Positions 43,231 through 54,066 of a DNA stretch of 64,000 nt are shown piece after piece. How positions within the stretch are numbered: position 1 is the first letter of the stretch; the number at the start of each line of letters is the position of its first letter. Under the pieces are notes generated by a model that did not search any database, had not been told where the DNA came from, and saw nothing but the letters and a program-made list of their open reading frames with translations. The DNA comes from Perkinsela sp. CCAP 1560/9 (Eukaryota > Protista > Euglenozoa: Kinetoplastea): positions 248,001 through 312,000 of the forward strand of contig CBFFSA010000005.1 in NCBI GenBank assembly GCA_965644495.1, read 5' to 3'. Position numbers and translations under genes: made by a program.

Positions 43231-43490
43231 CACTCACATGTTCTATTGGCCAGCATAAAGGTCAACATCTTAGGAGTTCGAGGCAGATTTTTGATTCACA
43301 ATATCACATAGTTCCTCAATCGAACTATCTGAACAATCTCTCTTCTTATTTTTAGAGACCCAAGTGAATGGTGCCCAAATCAATTTCATCATATAATGAA
43401 ACATTGCGAAAGAAATGTCATGTAAAAGTGCCTTGGTATGAAGATGTCCCTAAACTTCATATAGACTATCTTTCTCTTCCTACTTTTATC

Positions 43491-44582
43491 ATGTCCATAC
43501 CGGAGGAGGCGGTGGTGTACAAGGACGTTTCTGCGCTCATCGATGAACTCGGCGTGGACGTCGCTACCACTAAAATCTTACGCAAACGCCTGGAGCATAA
43601 ATACAAGCTCACCTTCTCCGCTGAGGACAATGCCATGCTGAAGGAAGTCATCACGAAAAAATTCGAGGAGCCTGCTTTTCAGCGCGATCTTGTGGAGGCC
43701 ATGAAACGTTCCGAGCAGGGAGCCGTCCAAGCCGGATCCAAAGTTCGAAAGCCCCGTACCCGACGCTCCGAGGGGAAGTCGGAGGAGCTCGCGCCGGTGG
43801 TGGCCAGCACAGCCCCCACGGGGCCGAAGAAACCGCTGTCCGTGTATTTTCTGTACTCCGCGGACGCGCGTGCGAAGTTAAAGGCAGAGAACCCCGGGCT
43901 GCGCATCACCGAGATCGCGTCACGCACCGCCGAGATGTGGAGGGCGATCGGAGATGAGGAGAAGGCACACTACACTGCGAAAGCAGAGGAGGAGAAGAAA
44001 CGGTATGAGGTGGAGCTGGAAGCATTCAAGCAAGCAGGTGGGGTCGTCCCGAAGCGAGGAGCTACAAAAAAGGAGGGTAAGAAGGGTAAACCCCAGATGG
44101 CGGAGGAGGATGTGGACAATGATCGTCCTCCACCCCCGAAACGGCCAATGGCGGCGTTTTTTATGTACCTCGCAGACGTGCGTCAGCAGGTAAAGCAGGA
44201 CAACCCCCAATTTGGGGTACCGGAACTCTCCAAGGCTGTGGGAGAGATGTGGAAAAATGCTTCCGAGGAAGTTAAGGCGAAGTACGCCGCCCGGGAGACG
44301 CAAGTCAAGGCTGAGTACGCACGTCAAATGGAGGAGTACACCCGCCAGTACGGAACAGTGACTAGCAAAAAGAGGTCCTCCCGGACCAGTCGTCCTACTG
44401 TCAAAAAAGTAGCGGCGAAGAAGCAAGAAAAATCCGCCTCCAGCTCTTCCTCCGACACTTCATCTTCTGACTCAGAGAGTAGTGCTTCCTCAAGTGATGG
44501 GTCATCCGATTCTTCGAACAGCAAAAGCTCGGGAGGGTACAGTTCCGACGAATCAAGCTACAGCGACAGCTCTTCTGCGTAG
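43491..44582 (+). CDS. HMG-box chromatin protein with N-terminal DEK-C domain (trypanosome TDP1-like)
   Basis: DEK-C-like T.K..R..LE.KY...F......LK..I; two HMG boxes (PKKPLSVYFLY, PKRPMAAFFMY); Ser/acidic tail. Confidence 0.85.
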   Translation: MSIPEEAVVYKDVSALIDELGVDVATTKILRKRLEHKYKLTFSAEDNAMLKEVITKKFEEPAFQRDLVEAMKRSEQGAVQAGSKVRKPRTRRSEGKSEELAPVVASTAPTGPKKPLSVYFLYSADARAKLKAENPGLRITEIASRTAEMWRAIGDEEKAHYTAKAEEEKKRYEVELEAFKQAGGVVPKRGATKKEGKKGKPQMAEEDVDNDRPPPPKRPMAAFFMYLADVRQQVKQDNPQFGVPELSKAVGEMWKNASEEVKAKYAARETQVKAEYARQMEEYTRQYGTVTSKKRSSRTSRPTVKKVAAKKQEKSASSSSSDTSSSDSESSASSSDGSSDSSNSKSSGGYSSDESSYSDSSSA

Positions 44583-45015
44583 TAAATTTTGAAAGGGGCT
44601 TCATTTTGTAAAATTGCCGTTTATGAGTCGCTCCTTTACCTTGTGTTCATATTGCTATTTGTATCATTTTTCGCATCCCTCTCTTGAATCCATTTTCCCA
44701 GCAGGGCAATGGATTATTCGCGTTTTAGTGTGATCTTGATTTTTTCTCACGTTTTAAAATCAATCTTTGCGGGTAAAAAAACGGATTAATCTCTCGCTTT
44801 TTATTTTCCGAAACACCAAAATATTGTACCAACGCATTCTTTTTTGGCATGGTTCTAAAGCAACAATTTTTTTATGTCGGAGAATGTACTCGACTTTATT
44901 TTCTTTTCCCTTTCTCGCTGTCGTTTCACTCTCTAATTTAATTATCAGTAGCGTAAAATATAGTTTTGTATCCATATCTTACCCATCTTAAGTTACCCGT
45001 CAGCCGCGAAATTAC

Positions 45016-45735
45016 ATGTCTTTCCAATTGCTCACTTCTATGGACGCTACTCCCACGCGAGCGGGAAAGGTCAGGGGGTCCATACTGCCTCCAGAACTGC
45101 TCCTCATGTCGTTCACTCAACATCTAAAGATGAGGTTAGATTCCTGGAAGGAAACTACTCCTGGTTGTAACTGGCGAGGTGTCTCCTGTAATGTGGAAGA
45201 CGAGCAAGTCTACCAAATTCGTTGGACCATGCATTCACTCGAAGGCAACCTTACGTGGGGCTCACTTCCTCCTTCTCTGTTTCGCCTGTTTCTAAACGAC
45301 AATTTGCTCACAGGGGAAATTGATACCTCAGCTCTGCCTGATTCACTCTGCACGCTTTCCTTGTTTACCAATGCTTTTTCCGAAACTGTTGATTTCACTT
45401 CTTTGCCACGAGATTTGGCTTCGACGCGGATGAATGATAACAAACTGCAAGGAAATGTCGACCTCACACGTCTTCCCCAGGGTCTCGTTGGGCTCTATCT
45501 GTATCGCAACTTTTTTACAGGTCCATTGAATCTAACGGCGTTGCCGTGTTCCTTACAGTACTTGCGCGCAGGGAATAATTTCTTTACTGGCCAACTCGAT
45601 CTTTCTCGGCTGCCTGCAGGGCTCATTCAAGCTGACCTTACAGGGAATTGCCTTTCCGATCCTGAAGGTACAGATCCGATTCCCTACAATGTTTTTGTAG
45701 ACGGACAAGACTGCGAGAAGCTGAAGCTTTTATGA
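45016..45735 (+). CDS. Leucine-rich repeat protein (family paralog 3)
   Basis: W....PGCNWRGVSC cap plus LPxxLxxLxLxxNxFTGxxDL repeats. Confidence 0.88.
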   Translation: MSFQLLTSMDATPTRAGKVRGSILPPELLLMSFTQHLKMRLDSWKETTPGCNWRGVSCNVEDEQVYQIRWTMHSLEGNLTWGSLPPSLFRLFLNDNLLTGEIDTSALPDSLCTLSLFTNAFSETVDFTSLPRDLASTRMNDNKLQGNVDLTRLPQGLVGLYLYRNFFTGPLNLTALPCSLQYLRAGNNFFTGQLDLSRLPAGLIQADLTGNCLSDPEGTDPIPYNVFVDGQDCEKLKLL

Positions 45736-46002
45736 CTTGTTTTCTAAATACCAAAGTTTTGTTTCGCTATTCATTTTAGCACATGCACAAGTACGTACTA
45801 ACTTACCATATACTTTTTACAAACACATTTATTTGTATTGAAAAAAAAAGCCTTCCTTTTTTGTATCATCTCAACCCCCTCAACACAATCCCCCCACACC
45901 ACCTCCCCACCCCCTCAACACTCTACACCCCTCACCCTACTCTTCCCACCCCCTACTCCTCTCCTCCCTTCTCTCCCACCCCTCTCCCTCTCCCTCCCCC
46001 CC

Positions 46003-46791
46003 ATGTCCACCCTCGAATGGCTCCGCACCCTCTCCCACCCCGAGAACCTCCCCCACCCCCCCGCCCCCCTCCCCGCGCCCCCCTCCCGGGACGCCCTGCT
46101 CGCCCTCATCCGGCTCGCGGAGCAGGCCGAGCGCTACGAGGACATGCTCACGCTGCTCTCCCGCCTGGTCACCGCCCCCGGCCCCGACCTCACCGCGGAG
46201 GAGCGCAACCTGCTCAGTGTCGGGTACAAGAACCTGATCGGGTCCCGCCGCGCGGCCTGGCGCGTGGCGCACACCGTGGAGGCCCGGGAGCGGGACCGGG
46301 CCTCGGGGAACGCCCCCCACGCCACCGCGTACCGCAAAACGATGGAGCGGGAGATTGCGGAGATTGCGCGTAGTGTGGTGCGACTGGTGGATACCCACCT
46401 GTTGCCGGGGACCACGGACGGGGAGTCGCGGGTGTTTTATTTGAAAATGAAAGGGGACTACCATCGGTACCACGCGGAGGCGAGTGAGGAGGAGGAGGCG
46501 GAGGCTCGACAGGCGGCGCTGGAGGCGTACAAGGCGGCCTCGGAGCTTACGATGGAGATTTTCCCCGCAACCCACCCGATTGGACTGGGGCTTGCGCTGA
46601 ACTTCTCAGTGTTTTATTATGAAATTCTGAAGGAGACGCAGAAGGGGCTGACGCTCGCCAAGGAGGCTTATGAGAAAGCCTTGGATGAGATCGACGCGCT
46701 GGATGAGGAGACGTATAAGGAGGCGAGTCTGATTCTGCAGCTCTTAAAGGATAATATCGCGTTATGGGTAGAGGACGAGGACGAATCTTAA
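46003..46791 (+). CDS. 14-3-3 protein
   Basis: LAEQAERYEDM, EERNLLSVGYKN.IG.RRAAWR, KMKGDY.RY, THPI.LGLALNFSVFYYEI, YKEASLI.QLL.DN..LW. Confidence 0.97.
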   Translation: MSTLEWLRTLSHPENLPHPPAPLPAPPSRDALLALIRLAEQAERYEDMLTLLSRLVTAPGPDLTAEERNLLSVGYKNLIGSRRAAWRVAHTVEARERDRASGNAPHATAYRKTMEREIAEIARSVVRLVDTHLLPGTTDGESRVFYLKMKGDYHRYHAEASEEEEAEARQAALEAYKAASELTMEIFPATHPIGLGLALNFSVFYYEILKETQKGLTLAKEAYEKALDEIDALDEETYKEASLILQLLKDNIALWVEDEDES

Positions 46792-47148
46792 GACAATCCA
46801 GTAGGTGTTTAATTGTGGGATTGTATTTATTCCTTTTTTAATAAACGCATGATCAATGCACGAGTGTTGCTATCTTTTAAAATATAAGAAAAGTAGAGTT
46901 CATTGGATGGACTTCCTTTCTGTTTACCTAATTAGAAACTTCCTATATCACTTTCCTAACCGTGTAGCATTCAATCCATGTATATTCTTTAATTGCACAA
47001 AATGATGCCAAATTCATCTCTCGAAACCTTTTTTGGTTGAGCACCGTCAAACCATTCAATTCACCATCCCTCTCATCCACATTTTTACACCCCTATTTTT
47101 TACACCCTTTTCTCCACTACCCCTCTATATTATATTCCTCCTCTCCCC

Positions 47149-48690
47149 ATGCTACGCCGGGGTACCCCCCTATCCTCCTCCCTCGCCTCCCTCCTCCCCC
47201 TCTGGCCCACCTCCTGCCTCCTCCCCCCACCCCCCGCCCTCCCCCCTCTCCTCTCCCCCCTCACTGCCCTCATCGCCTCCAAACTCCCCTCCCGCCCCGA
47301 GCCCCTCCTGGCGCGTTCCTTTGCCTTCCTCCAGCTCGGGGACCTCCCATCGGGGCTGGCCGACGCCTCACGCGCGCTGGAGGTATTGCCCAATCCAAAA
47401 AACAACCACCAGGCCGCGGGGCCCATGCGGGAGCTCGGACTCGCGCTGGTCGCACGGGCTCACTATCTTACACGAGTAAAAGTGACTTCCGCTACCAACG
47501 CTGCAGCCGAGGCCGTGGAGACCACCACGGCCCTGCAGGCCCGGCAGCGCGCGATTGGGAGCCTGCAGCAGGCGCTGGAGCACAGCCCCCGGGACTGGTC
47601 GTTGTCGGTGGCGCTCGGGGAGGAGTGGCTGGAGGGGTCCCCGGTGGCGCATGGGTTGCGCGGCTCCCCGCGGAGTGCCGCGGAGAGGTTTCAGGTCGCG
47701 ATCGCGCATCTGAATGCGGAGTTAAGGCAACGGGAGGCGGTGGGGGAGTGTGTGGTGGAGGGGGGGAGGGAGGAGAGTGCGGCGGGGTTGTTTGTGAGGC
47801 AGTGGGTGGCGGAGATGTATGCCTCGGAGAGAAAAGGGGGGAAGTGGGGCTCTCGTGCGGTGCAACAGACGGTGGAGCGTCTCCACGGCACGGCCCCCAG
47901 TTTGGCGCCGCTGGTGAAGGAGCATGGGTTGGAGGAACTCACCAAGGAGGAGGTGCGGGCGTTGTTGCCTATTTTTGTGAAGGCCGAGCTTCGGGATTAT
48001 GATTTTGTGCGCCCGTGTGAAGTAGACACTATATCATACAAACCGTGGGATAGTGTTAAAGCCAAGGAATTGCAAAATCGGTTTCGCCTTTTCTCAGGAA
48101 ATATTAGGGGCAACAACGCAGGTGCTTTGAATGCTGTGTATGATGCCATAGATCGTCTTTCCGAAAAAGATAAAAGCAAACCGTCCGCTGAGGCAGCATC
48201 CTACCTTCGGGCTTTGAACGAGGCTCCGACAAGCGCTGATACTCTGGAACACGTCGCATCTCGGCTTGGCACGCCTTCCCTAAAAGGTTCCCTGACACGC
48301 GATAGCAAGTTTTACTCTGTATTGGAGCAAATTGATAAAACGTACAACAGTATTCCTTCCGGTAGTATCGGCACGACTGATTACTTGCAACGGCAAAAAC
48401 AAATGGCCCGAGACTTGTTGATGCAACAGAAAGACCGAGCCGAACTTGGTTACGCTGTGGCCTTAGGACAACAAGGGAGGAATGACGAGGCACTTAAAAT
48501 CTTAACATCTATTTTAGAGCGTGATGAATTTCTGTCCATGCACAAAGTTTTTCGCGCTCGTGCGACAGTTCTTGAAGCTCTTGGAGATATAGAAAGAGCA
48601 GATCGTGACTTTCGTGAGCTATTTCGGCTTCATGAAGTTCCTGTGGATATTCCTACTATCGATGAAAATCGTCTACGTAAAGCTTTCTAA
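47149..48690 (+). CDS. TPR-containing protein with MLRR mitochondrial-type presequence
   Basis: ARS.A.LQLG....L.D...AL and C-terminal A.ALG..GR.DEAL / RA.VL.ALG....A..DF TPR-like helices. Confidence 0.7.
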   Translation: MLRRGTPLSSSLASLLPLWPTSCLLPPPPALPPLLSPLTALIASKLPSRPEPLLARSFAFLQLGDLPSGLADASRALEVLPNPKNNHQAAGPMRELGLALVARAHYLTRVKVTSATNAAAEAVETTTALQARQRAIGSLQQALEHSPRDWSLSVALGEEWLEGSPVAHGLRGSPRSAAERFQVAIAHLNAELRQREAVGECVVEGGREESAAGLFVRQWVAEMYASERKGGKWGSRAVQQTVERLHGTAPSLAPLVKEHGLEELTKEEVRALLPIFVKAELRDYDFVRPCEVDTISYKPWDSVKAKELQNRFRLFSGNIRGNNAGALNAVYDAIDRLSEKDKSKPSAEAASYLRALNEAPTSADTLEHVASRLGTPSLKGSLTRDSKFYSVLEQIDKTYNSIPSGSIGTTDYLQRQKQMARDLLMQQKDRAELGYAVALGQQGRNDEALKILTSILERDEFLSMHKVFRARATVLEALGDIERADRDFRELFRLHEVPVDIPTIDENRLRKAF

Positions 48691-49071
48691 GTTTGTAATT
48701 ATTCTATATGCGACATTTTCTATTCCAAGCACAATATAAGTTCCCCTTGTACTACACTCTGATTCTTTGTTCTCTAACAATGTCGACAAATAATTGGTTG
48801 TATTAATCGATGTCATTTATAGCCTAGAGTGCGCTTTTCCTGTTTGGCCCCATAGTTAATAGAGTTCCTACTCGCAAACATATATTCATTGAACCCTCAC
48901 TCATTAAATTTATGCGTCATCCGGATTTTTAAAAAGAAACAACTTTTCTTTTTATTTAGTATTTGTTCCACTTATTATTTGCTCTACTGTGCTTTATTTA
49001 ACAATTCACGGCTAGTGTTTGGGTTAGACCGTAAGTTTTTCTCAAAAATAATTGAAGTCATATCCTTTTAA

Positions 49072-51903
49072 ATGGAAGCTCTTCGATACGCGCCGCCTGA
49101 ATCAACTACTCACGACATCAAGTTGCGGGAATTGCGTGCTCAGTCGAAACTTCAAGGCGCCTCGTTTTTGTCTCTGATGAATAACATACCTTTTACCCAG
49201 GCCCTACAGCGCGCGAAACTTCTAAATGAGTCAATTTCAACCCATGCATCCGCGGAAAAAACATGGAAAGAAGAATCTCCTTTGCGCGATAATTACCATC
49301 TGGAAAGAGCTTGTTCCCAGCTACAGTCTTTTCGGCAAGCGCTACAGCAAGCTCGGCAGGAAAGCTCGGCAAGCGCTACAGCAAGAACCACGCTTGATAC
49401 GGTTCCTAAACGTCAGGCACGTACGATCTATAGCTCAGAATATGCTCAGAAATGTGCACGACAGCTCGTTTTTCGCAACTGTCTACGTCATGCGATCCCT
49501 GTATCTGCGAAGAATGCAGCATCTGTTACTGCGAATACAAATAAAATCATTCAGTCAAGTATTCGCAAACAAGTGGATCGTTTTCAATCGTTTTTCCCCC
49601 TCTTAAGGACTCTACCACCTCGTCGAACGGATACGATATCGTCAACGTCCACTCTATCGGCTTTTCGTTTTGATGTAAATCTGGACTCTACTGGACAAGG
49701 CTCTGAGCAGCTACTCTCTAAACATTCTGACGAAGTTTCTTTGCGTAAAGTACAAACGACGCTTCCACTGTTATCTGAATTCTGCTACTCATCTCAAGAG
49801 ATTTCCGATGCAGCGACTTCTCTTGACGCCACGTCAACGGATAGAGATTTGAGAATCGCACTAGCCATTAGTAAAAAACTTAAATCTTCTTGTCCTCAAA
49901 CATCACTGTCGAGGCTGTGGGATGACTTTTCATACATTTTTGAGCATCAATGTGAAAAGAAAGGGCTAAACTTTCAACCTGACGAAACCCATCCAACGTC
50001 AGAAAGTTTTTCATGGGGGCACTCTGTCTGCGCTTTTCTTTCTCACAAATTTACTCTTCACGTTTTACATTCGCTGTATGACACTCCTCAAGTTTCCTTA
50101 GGGTCAGCATTGGGCGACGCATACACTGCTTCTTCCTTTCATGAAATTATTTTGGAGTACAGCATAGCCACCTATAATTCTCGTAACCCGTGGCTTGTAA
50201 TATTTAATTGCCTGAAATGTCACAGATTTGATGCGGCGGGCATTTTACAGGTACCTTTCGAAGGTATTGAATCTGTACTTCGTTTGTTTCATTCGCCTTC
50301 AAATTTGAAGACCGAGCAATGGTTTTTCCAAGAGGCGACTGTGTTGAACTCACTCTTGCACATAGAAAAAGAGGATACGTTTCGGAGTGTTGTTCTCCTG
50401 TTGTTGATTCCGCGTGTATTTTTCTCTGTTCGAAGATGGACTTTAAAGGAACTTTCACGTATCATTGATGGCTCCTGTAGTTCTGTAGATGAAATCATCT
50501 GGTTGTACAACAGGGTGCTTATGGCGATAGGTTTCCAAAAGGAAGCGCCTGCCAGCGAGGATTCGGCTGCAATTGGAGGTTTGCATTTAATAAAAGAAAT
50601 CATAGACCAGCGCTTGTGCGCGATTCCTGTTGCATCCGACACGAGGAACGATTTTATTCAACGTGCAAGACGTCTTTTTTATTTGCTTGACATCTCTCTA
50701 GCGCAACAACAACTCGAAGCAGAAGTTCATCCAACAGAAATGTGTTTTCTATCGTTAGTATTGATTTTGTCTGGTATGAATCTTCCTGCATCTCGAAGTT
50801 CTGCGATTAAATCCCGCGAAATGTTGGTGAAACTTTCTCAAGAACTGTCATTGGTACAGCTATGTGCACTGGATGCATCTCATTTCTTGCAGAATGAAAA
50901 TCAAGCTTCCGGGATAAGTTCAGACTTTTCAATGCTGCTCCGTCAGGTAAACTCGGGAATTGTGGTATTACTCTCAGCTTTGCGTAGCGAAAAGCAACGT
51001 AGTTATACATTTGCAAGAATTCTTTCTATCACGGATCTTAGCATAAATAGATGTTCTATTCAGAATGAACCCCAGGCGGATATGAAACCAAGGCGCAATA
51101 CATTGTGGGAACTAGTTCTTGAAACTGTTGTCACCAAGCAAGAAAATGCAATTAAAATTGTTGACGGCATTAAAAATGGTGAGACCTCGACTTGGCTAAT
51201 GGAAGACTTGTGTTCTGTCCTAGAAAAAGGTGCACATATGAAGAATTTTTCACAGTTGGTGATTTCTCTTTTACAAATTCTGAATACCACTGTTAGTCCA
51301 GGATGGACTGCTTCCAATCAAAGACAATTGTCGACCTTTCTGGATTCCGTGCTTGTTGGCGTCCTTTGTGATGTATCAAGTTCCGCATTTTCCAAAATTG
51401 GTTCTGAGTATATACATGCTTCTAATATTCTTACTCTAGCTAACCCATACGCAACTTTACTAAATTCGCTGCTGCGCAGGAACGTGGTATGCGCTGTTAC
51501 TTGTGCTAAAATATTAGCTGATCTTTCTCAGTTATCACAAATTGTCGGAGAGGCAAAGGAATCCAAATCATTTTTGTGGGCGGCTGATCATTTAAATTAC
51601 CTGGATCAAATATTCTATGACTTACATTGTTTGGAGTTTATCCCGTACGAAACACAAGATGTCACAAGTTGTGCTCGCATATTCATTGCAGACATTTTCG
51701 TCTCGGTGCAGCTCTCTGTGGAAGTTGTGTTGCAAAGGTTATTTTATATACTAAGCCGTTTTCTCCCTAGAACCTCTGAAGATATTTATTTGCACTCCGA
51801 AGTGGCTCGCGTTCAACACTCTGTGCAGGTTATATCAGAATGGAGCGCATTGGTAATTCACAACAGTCCGAATTATCATATTTTCTTGAAACTTGAGGCT
51901 TAG
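49072..51903 (+). CDS. Large alpha-solenoid protein, Nic96/Nup93-like (tentative)
   Basis: 943-aa ORF; PWLVIFNCLKC....A, DTFRSVV..LL and SVDEIIWL resemble Nic96 P.W..IYYCLRCG, DPYK.AVY and T.ED.LW. Confidence 0.55.
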   Translation: MEALRYAPPESTTHDIKLRELRAQSKLQGASFLSLMNNIPFTQALQRAKLLNESISTHASAEKTWKEESPLRDNYHLERACSQLQSFRQALQQARQESSASATARTTLDTVPKRQARTIYSSEYAQKCARQLVFRNCLRHAIPVSAKNAASVTANTNKIIQSSIRKQVDRFQSFFPLLRTLPPRRTDTISSTSTLSAFRFDVNLDSTGQGSEQLLSKHSDEVSLRKVQTTLPLLSEFCYSSQEISDAATSLDATSTDRDLRIALAISKKLKSSCPQTSLSRLWDDFSYIFEHQCEKKGLNFQPDETHPTSESFSWGHSVCAFLSHKFTLHVLHSLYDTPQVSLGSALGDAYTASSFHEIILEYSIATYNSRNPWLVIFNCLKCHRFDAAGILQVPFEGIESVLRLFHSPSNLKTEQWFFQEATVLNSLLHIEKEDTFRSVVLLLLIPRVFFSVRRWTLKELSRIIDGSCSSVDEIIWLYNRVLMAIGFQKEAPASEDSAAIGGLHLIKEIIDQRLCAIPVASDTRNDFIQRARRLFYLLDISLAQQQLEAEVHPTEMCFLSLVLILSGMNLPASRSSAIKSREMLVKLSQELSLVQLCALDASHFLQNENQASGISSDFSMLLRQVNSGIVVLLSALRSEKQRSYTFARILSITDLSINRCSIQNEPQADMKPRRNTLWELVLETVVTKQENAIKIVDGIKNGETSTWLMEDLCSVLEKGAHMKNFSQLVISLLQILNTTVSPGWTASNQRQLSTFLDSVLVGVLCDVSSSAFSKIGSEYIHASNILTLANPYATLLNSLLRRNVVCAVTCAKILADLSQLSQIVGEAKESKSFLWAADHLNYLDQIFYDLHCLEFIPYETQDVTSCARIFIADIFVSVQLSVEVVLQRLFYILSRFLPRTSEDIYLHSEVARVQHSVQVISEWSALVIHNSPNYHIFLKLEA

Positions 51904-52332
51904 AATAAGTTTTAAGCTAATTGGATATACGGCACAGAATATCGTTTTTGAACTTTCTCTTTCGAAACGTGCTTTTTTAAAGCATACATTGTGTTTCGCA
52001 GTATACTGAAACTTACATGAATAAAATTTTGTTCGTTACTACACTGTAGATACCCACTAGTAGTTATCGTACCTAGTTGTCATATCACTTTGTATCAATT
52101 GCATTTATTGGTGTCGGATTCGAGGCATAAATTTGATTAACGGAAAGTTTGTAGCAATTAAGAGATTCGATCTAGAGGGTGGTTTTGTTTTCTTTCCGTA
52201 GCGAAAATGGCCCTGATACGATATCGCGATAAATGTAGTACATAAACACTACTCAATTTGTTTCTTATGAGGATGACCCCAGTTTGAGTGCAAATCGTCG
52301 CATGAACATTCTGTTTAGGTACGCTTCCTGTA

Positions 52333-53310
52333 ATGAAGGAAAAAGGAATGACCGTTTCTTACGAACTCAAAGGAATTCTTTCTGAGCATTGTAAGCGTAT
52401 CCGCAAATATAAAAAGGCGCTTCGAAAACTACGAATAAAGCAGAAACATCTTGAAGAGAAGTGGATTGAACAAGAGACTGAACTAACCTCACTTTTGAAC
52501 AATACGAACTATGAGTCCGGGCACAAACGTTCTTTTGTGAGTGTGATCATAATCCTTGCTGACATCAATCCTGATTCAGAAATATTAGATATTGTCACTA
52601 ATTCGCAAAACGAATCAGATTCCGAGAAAGAATTATTTGCAAACGAACGTATTTCTGTGTCTTCACGGTTTTCTGAAGAAATGAATGTGGGACAAGCAAG
52701 TAGGCCCATTTTAGACGAAGTTCCAATAATTTCTTCGCAATCAGATATCCATGAGAAAACTGTGTTGCACAAAAAGTCTCCAGCCATACTACCACGCACA
52801 ACGTGGAACGTCGATCGTTCTACATTTCCTGGAAGAGCAAATTTGCTGGATCAGTCAGTTTTCGCACCTACAGGAAAACAAAGTTTTTCGAGCCATACAA
52901 CGAACCAAATAAGTACACCAACGAACCGCCCCGATGTATGTGCAGACATTCCAATCATATCCGTGTCGTCAAAAAAAGGGCATTGCGCTCAGAGAACCAC
53001 ACAAAACACTTGCCCCAGTGGAGAAAATGCAATGAAAAAATTAGTGAACGAGAAAAGGAGGAATGTTAGGTATCGGCCTGAGTTATTGCACGATCACCAC
53101 AAAATGGTGCAACGTACAGAAAGCGTGACGCCTCAAGTTGAAGATTCACATGCGACCCGAATCAGCGCTGATCCGCATGAGGTCGATCAAACACAGCCTC
53201 CAATTCTTGTATCCGAAAGCAAGCAGGTTTTACCTACTGGTAATCCCAATATTCCATGTTCACCTCCGGAAATGTGGGATCTTCGGTTCTCAGTGCCGGA
53301 TGTTTCATAG
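52333..53310 (+). CDS. Coiled-coil protein with CtIP/Sae2/Com1-like C-terminal motif (tentative)
   Basis: N-terminal coiled coil, disordered middle, terminal PCSPPEMWDLRF resembling the CtIP/Sae2 P.[TS]PP.FW...F motif. Confidence 0.5.
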   Translation: MKEKGMTVSYELKGILSEHCKRIRKYKKALRKLRIKQKHLEEKWIEQETELTSLLNNTNYESGHKRSFVSVIIILADINPDSEILDIVTNSQNESDSEKELFANERISVSSRFSEEMNVGQASRPILDEVPIISSQSDIHEKTVLHKKSPAILPRTTWNVDRSTFPGRANLLDQSVFAPTGKQSFSSHTTNQISTPTNRPDVCADIPIISVSSKKGHCAQRTTQNTCPSGENAMKKLVNEKRRNVRYRPELLHDHHKMVQRTESVTPQVEDSHATRISADPHEVDQTQPPILVSESKQVLPTGNPNIPCSPPEMWDLRFSVPDVS

Positions 53311-53513
53311 CACAAAGCATGATCATGTGTTATTTGCAAGCTCCGGCATATCGAATGAGCAATAGACCTCTTCCTAGTAATTCGGGGGGCGGTTTTGGTT
53401 CATGTAACTTAGAAGCACGCTGAGTAGCAATACATGTATTTACCGAATGTACCGCCTTGAAGATTGGGTGCCACGTTTTCATGCCACTTACTCAGGACAG
53501 AGCAAAAAACGTG

Positions 53514-53938
53514 GGTCAAAAGGGACTTTTTTCCCCAAAACTTTTAACTTATTCTATTTAATAACTCTACCAAAGAAGAAAACGTATGAGCTTTACCTTG
53601 GTTCCGGTTCTGAGCCTGGAAAAAGATTTTAAATTCCTTAAACAGTGGATTGGAAGTCCCTAATTCACATCGCGCGGTACAAGCCTCTATCACCACGTCA
53701 TCAAAGATTCCCAACTACAAAACGTGATGCGGTCACGTTATTTTACAGCCTATGCATACGTTATTTTACAGCTGTATTTTTTTACAGCCTATGCAAAGAA
53801 AAAAGATAGAGCGGAGTCGTGTGAGCAACAAAAATATGATGTTTAATCACTCGCTTAGGTAATACAGAAATTGTGTCTGCGAAACTACCACGAAAAAAAA
53901 TTATTTCTTGTTTTGGGAGGAAAAAGTCCCTTTTCACC
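53514..53938. repeat. Imperfect ~28-bp inverted repeat pair, possible MITE remnant
   Basis: GGTCAAAAGGGACTTTTTTCCCCAAAAC (53514-53541) versus GTTTTGGGAGGAAAAAGTCCCTTTTCACC (53910-53938); internal TTTTACAGC(CTATGCA) repeats; no TSD seen. Confidence 0.45.
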
Positions 53939-54066
53939 AAAAAAGTCTCTTATAAAAAATCAAAAAAAGAGAGGTTGGTAGCGATCCCCCGCCGACTCAG
54001 ACTAAGCGATAGTAATTACTGCGAACCCCCATTTACTTGTCATAGACCAACACCCCCTACTTAATT

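Noticed and set aside
45783-48002. Long Pro/Gly-rich alternate-frame ORFs (45783, 45937, 47033, 47037)
   Set aside because: Overlap the 14-3-3 and TPR genes inside GC islands; compositional artefacts.
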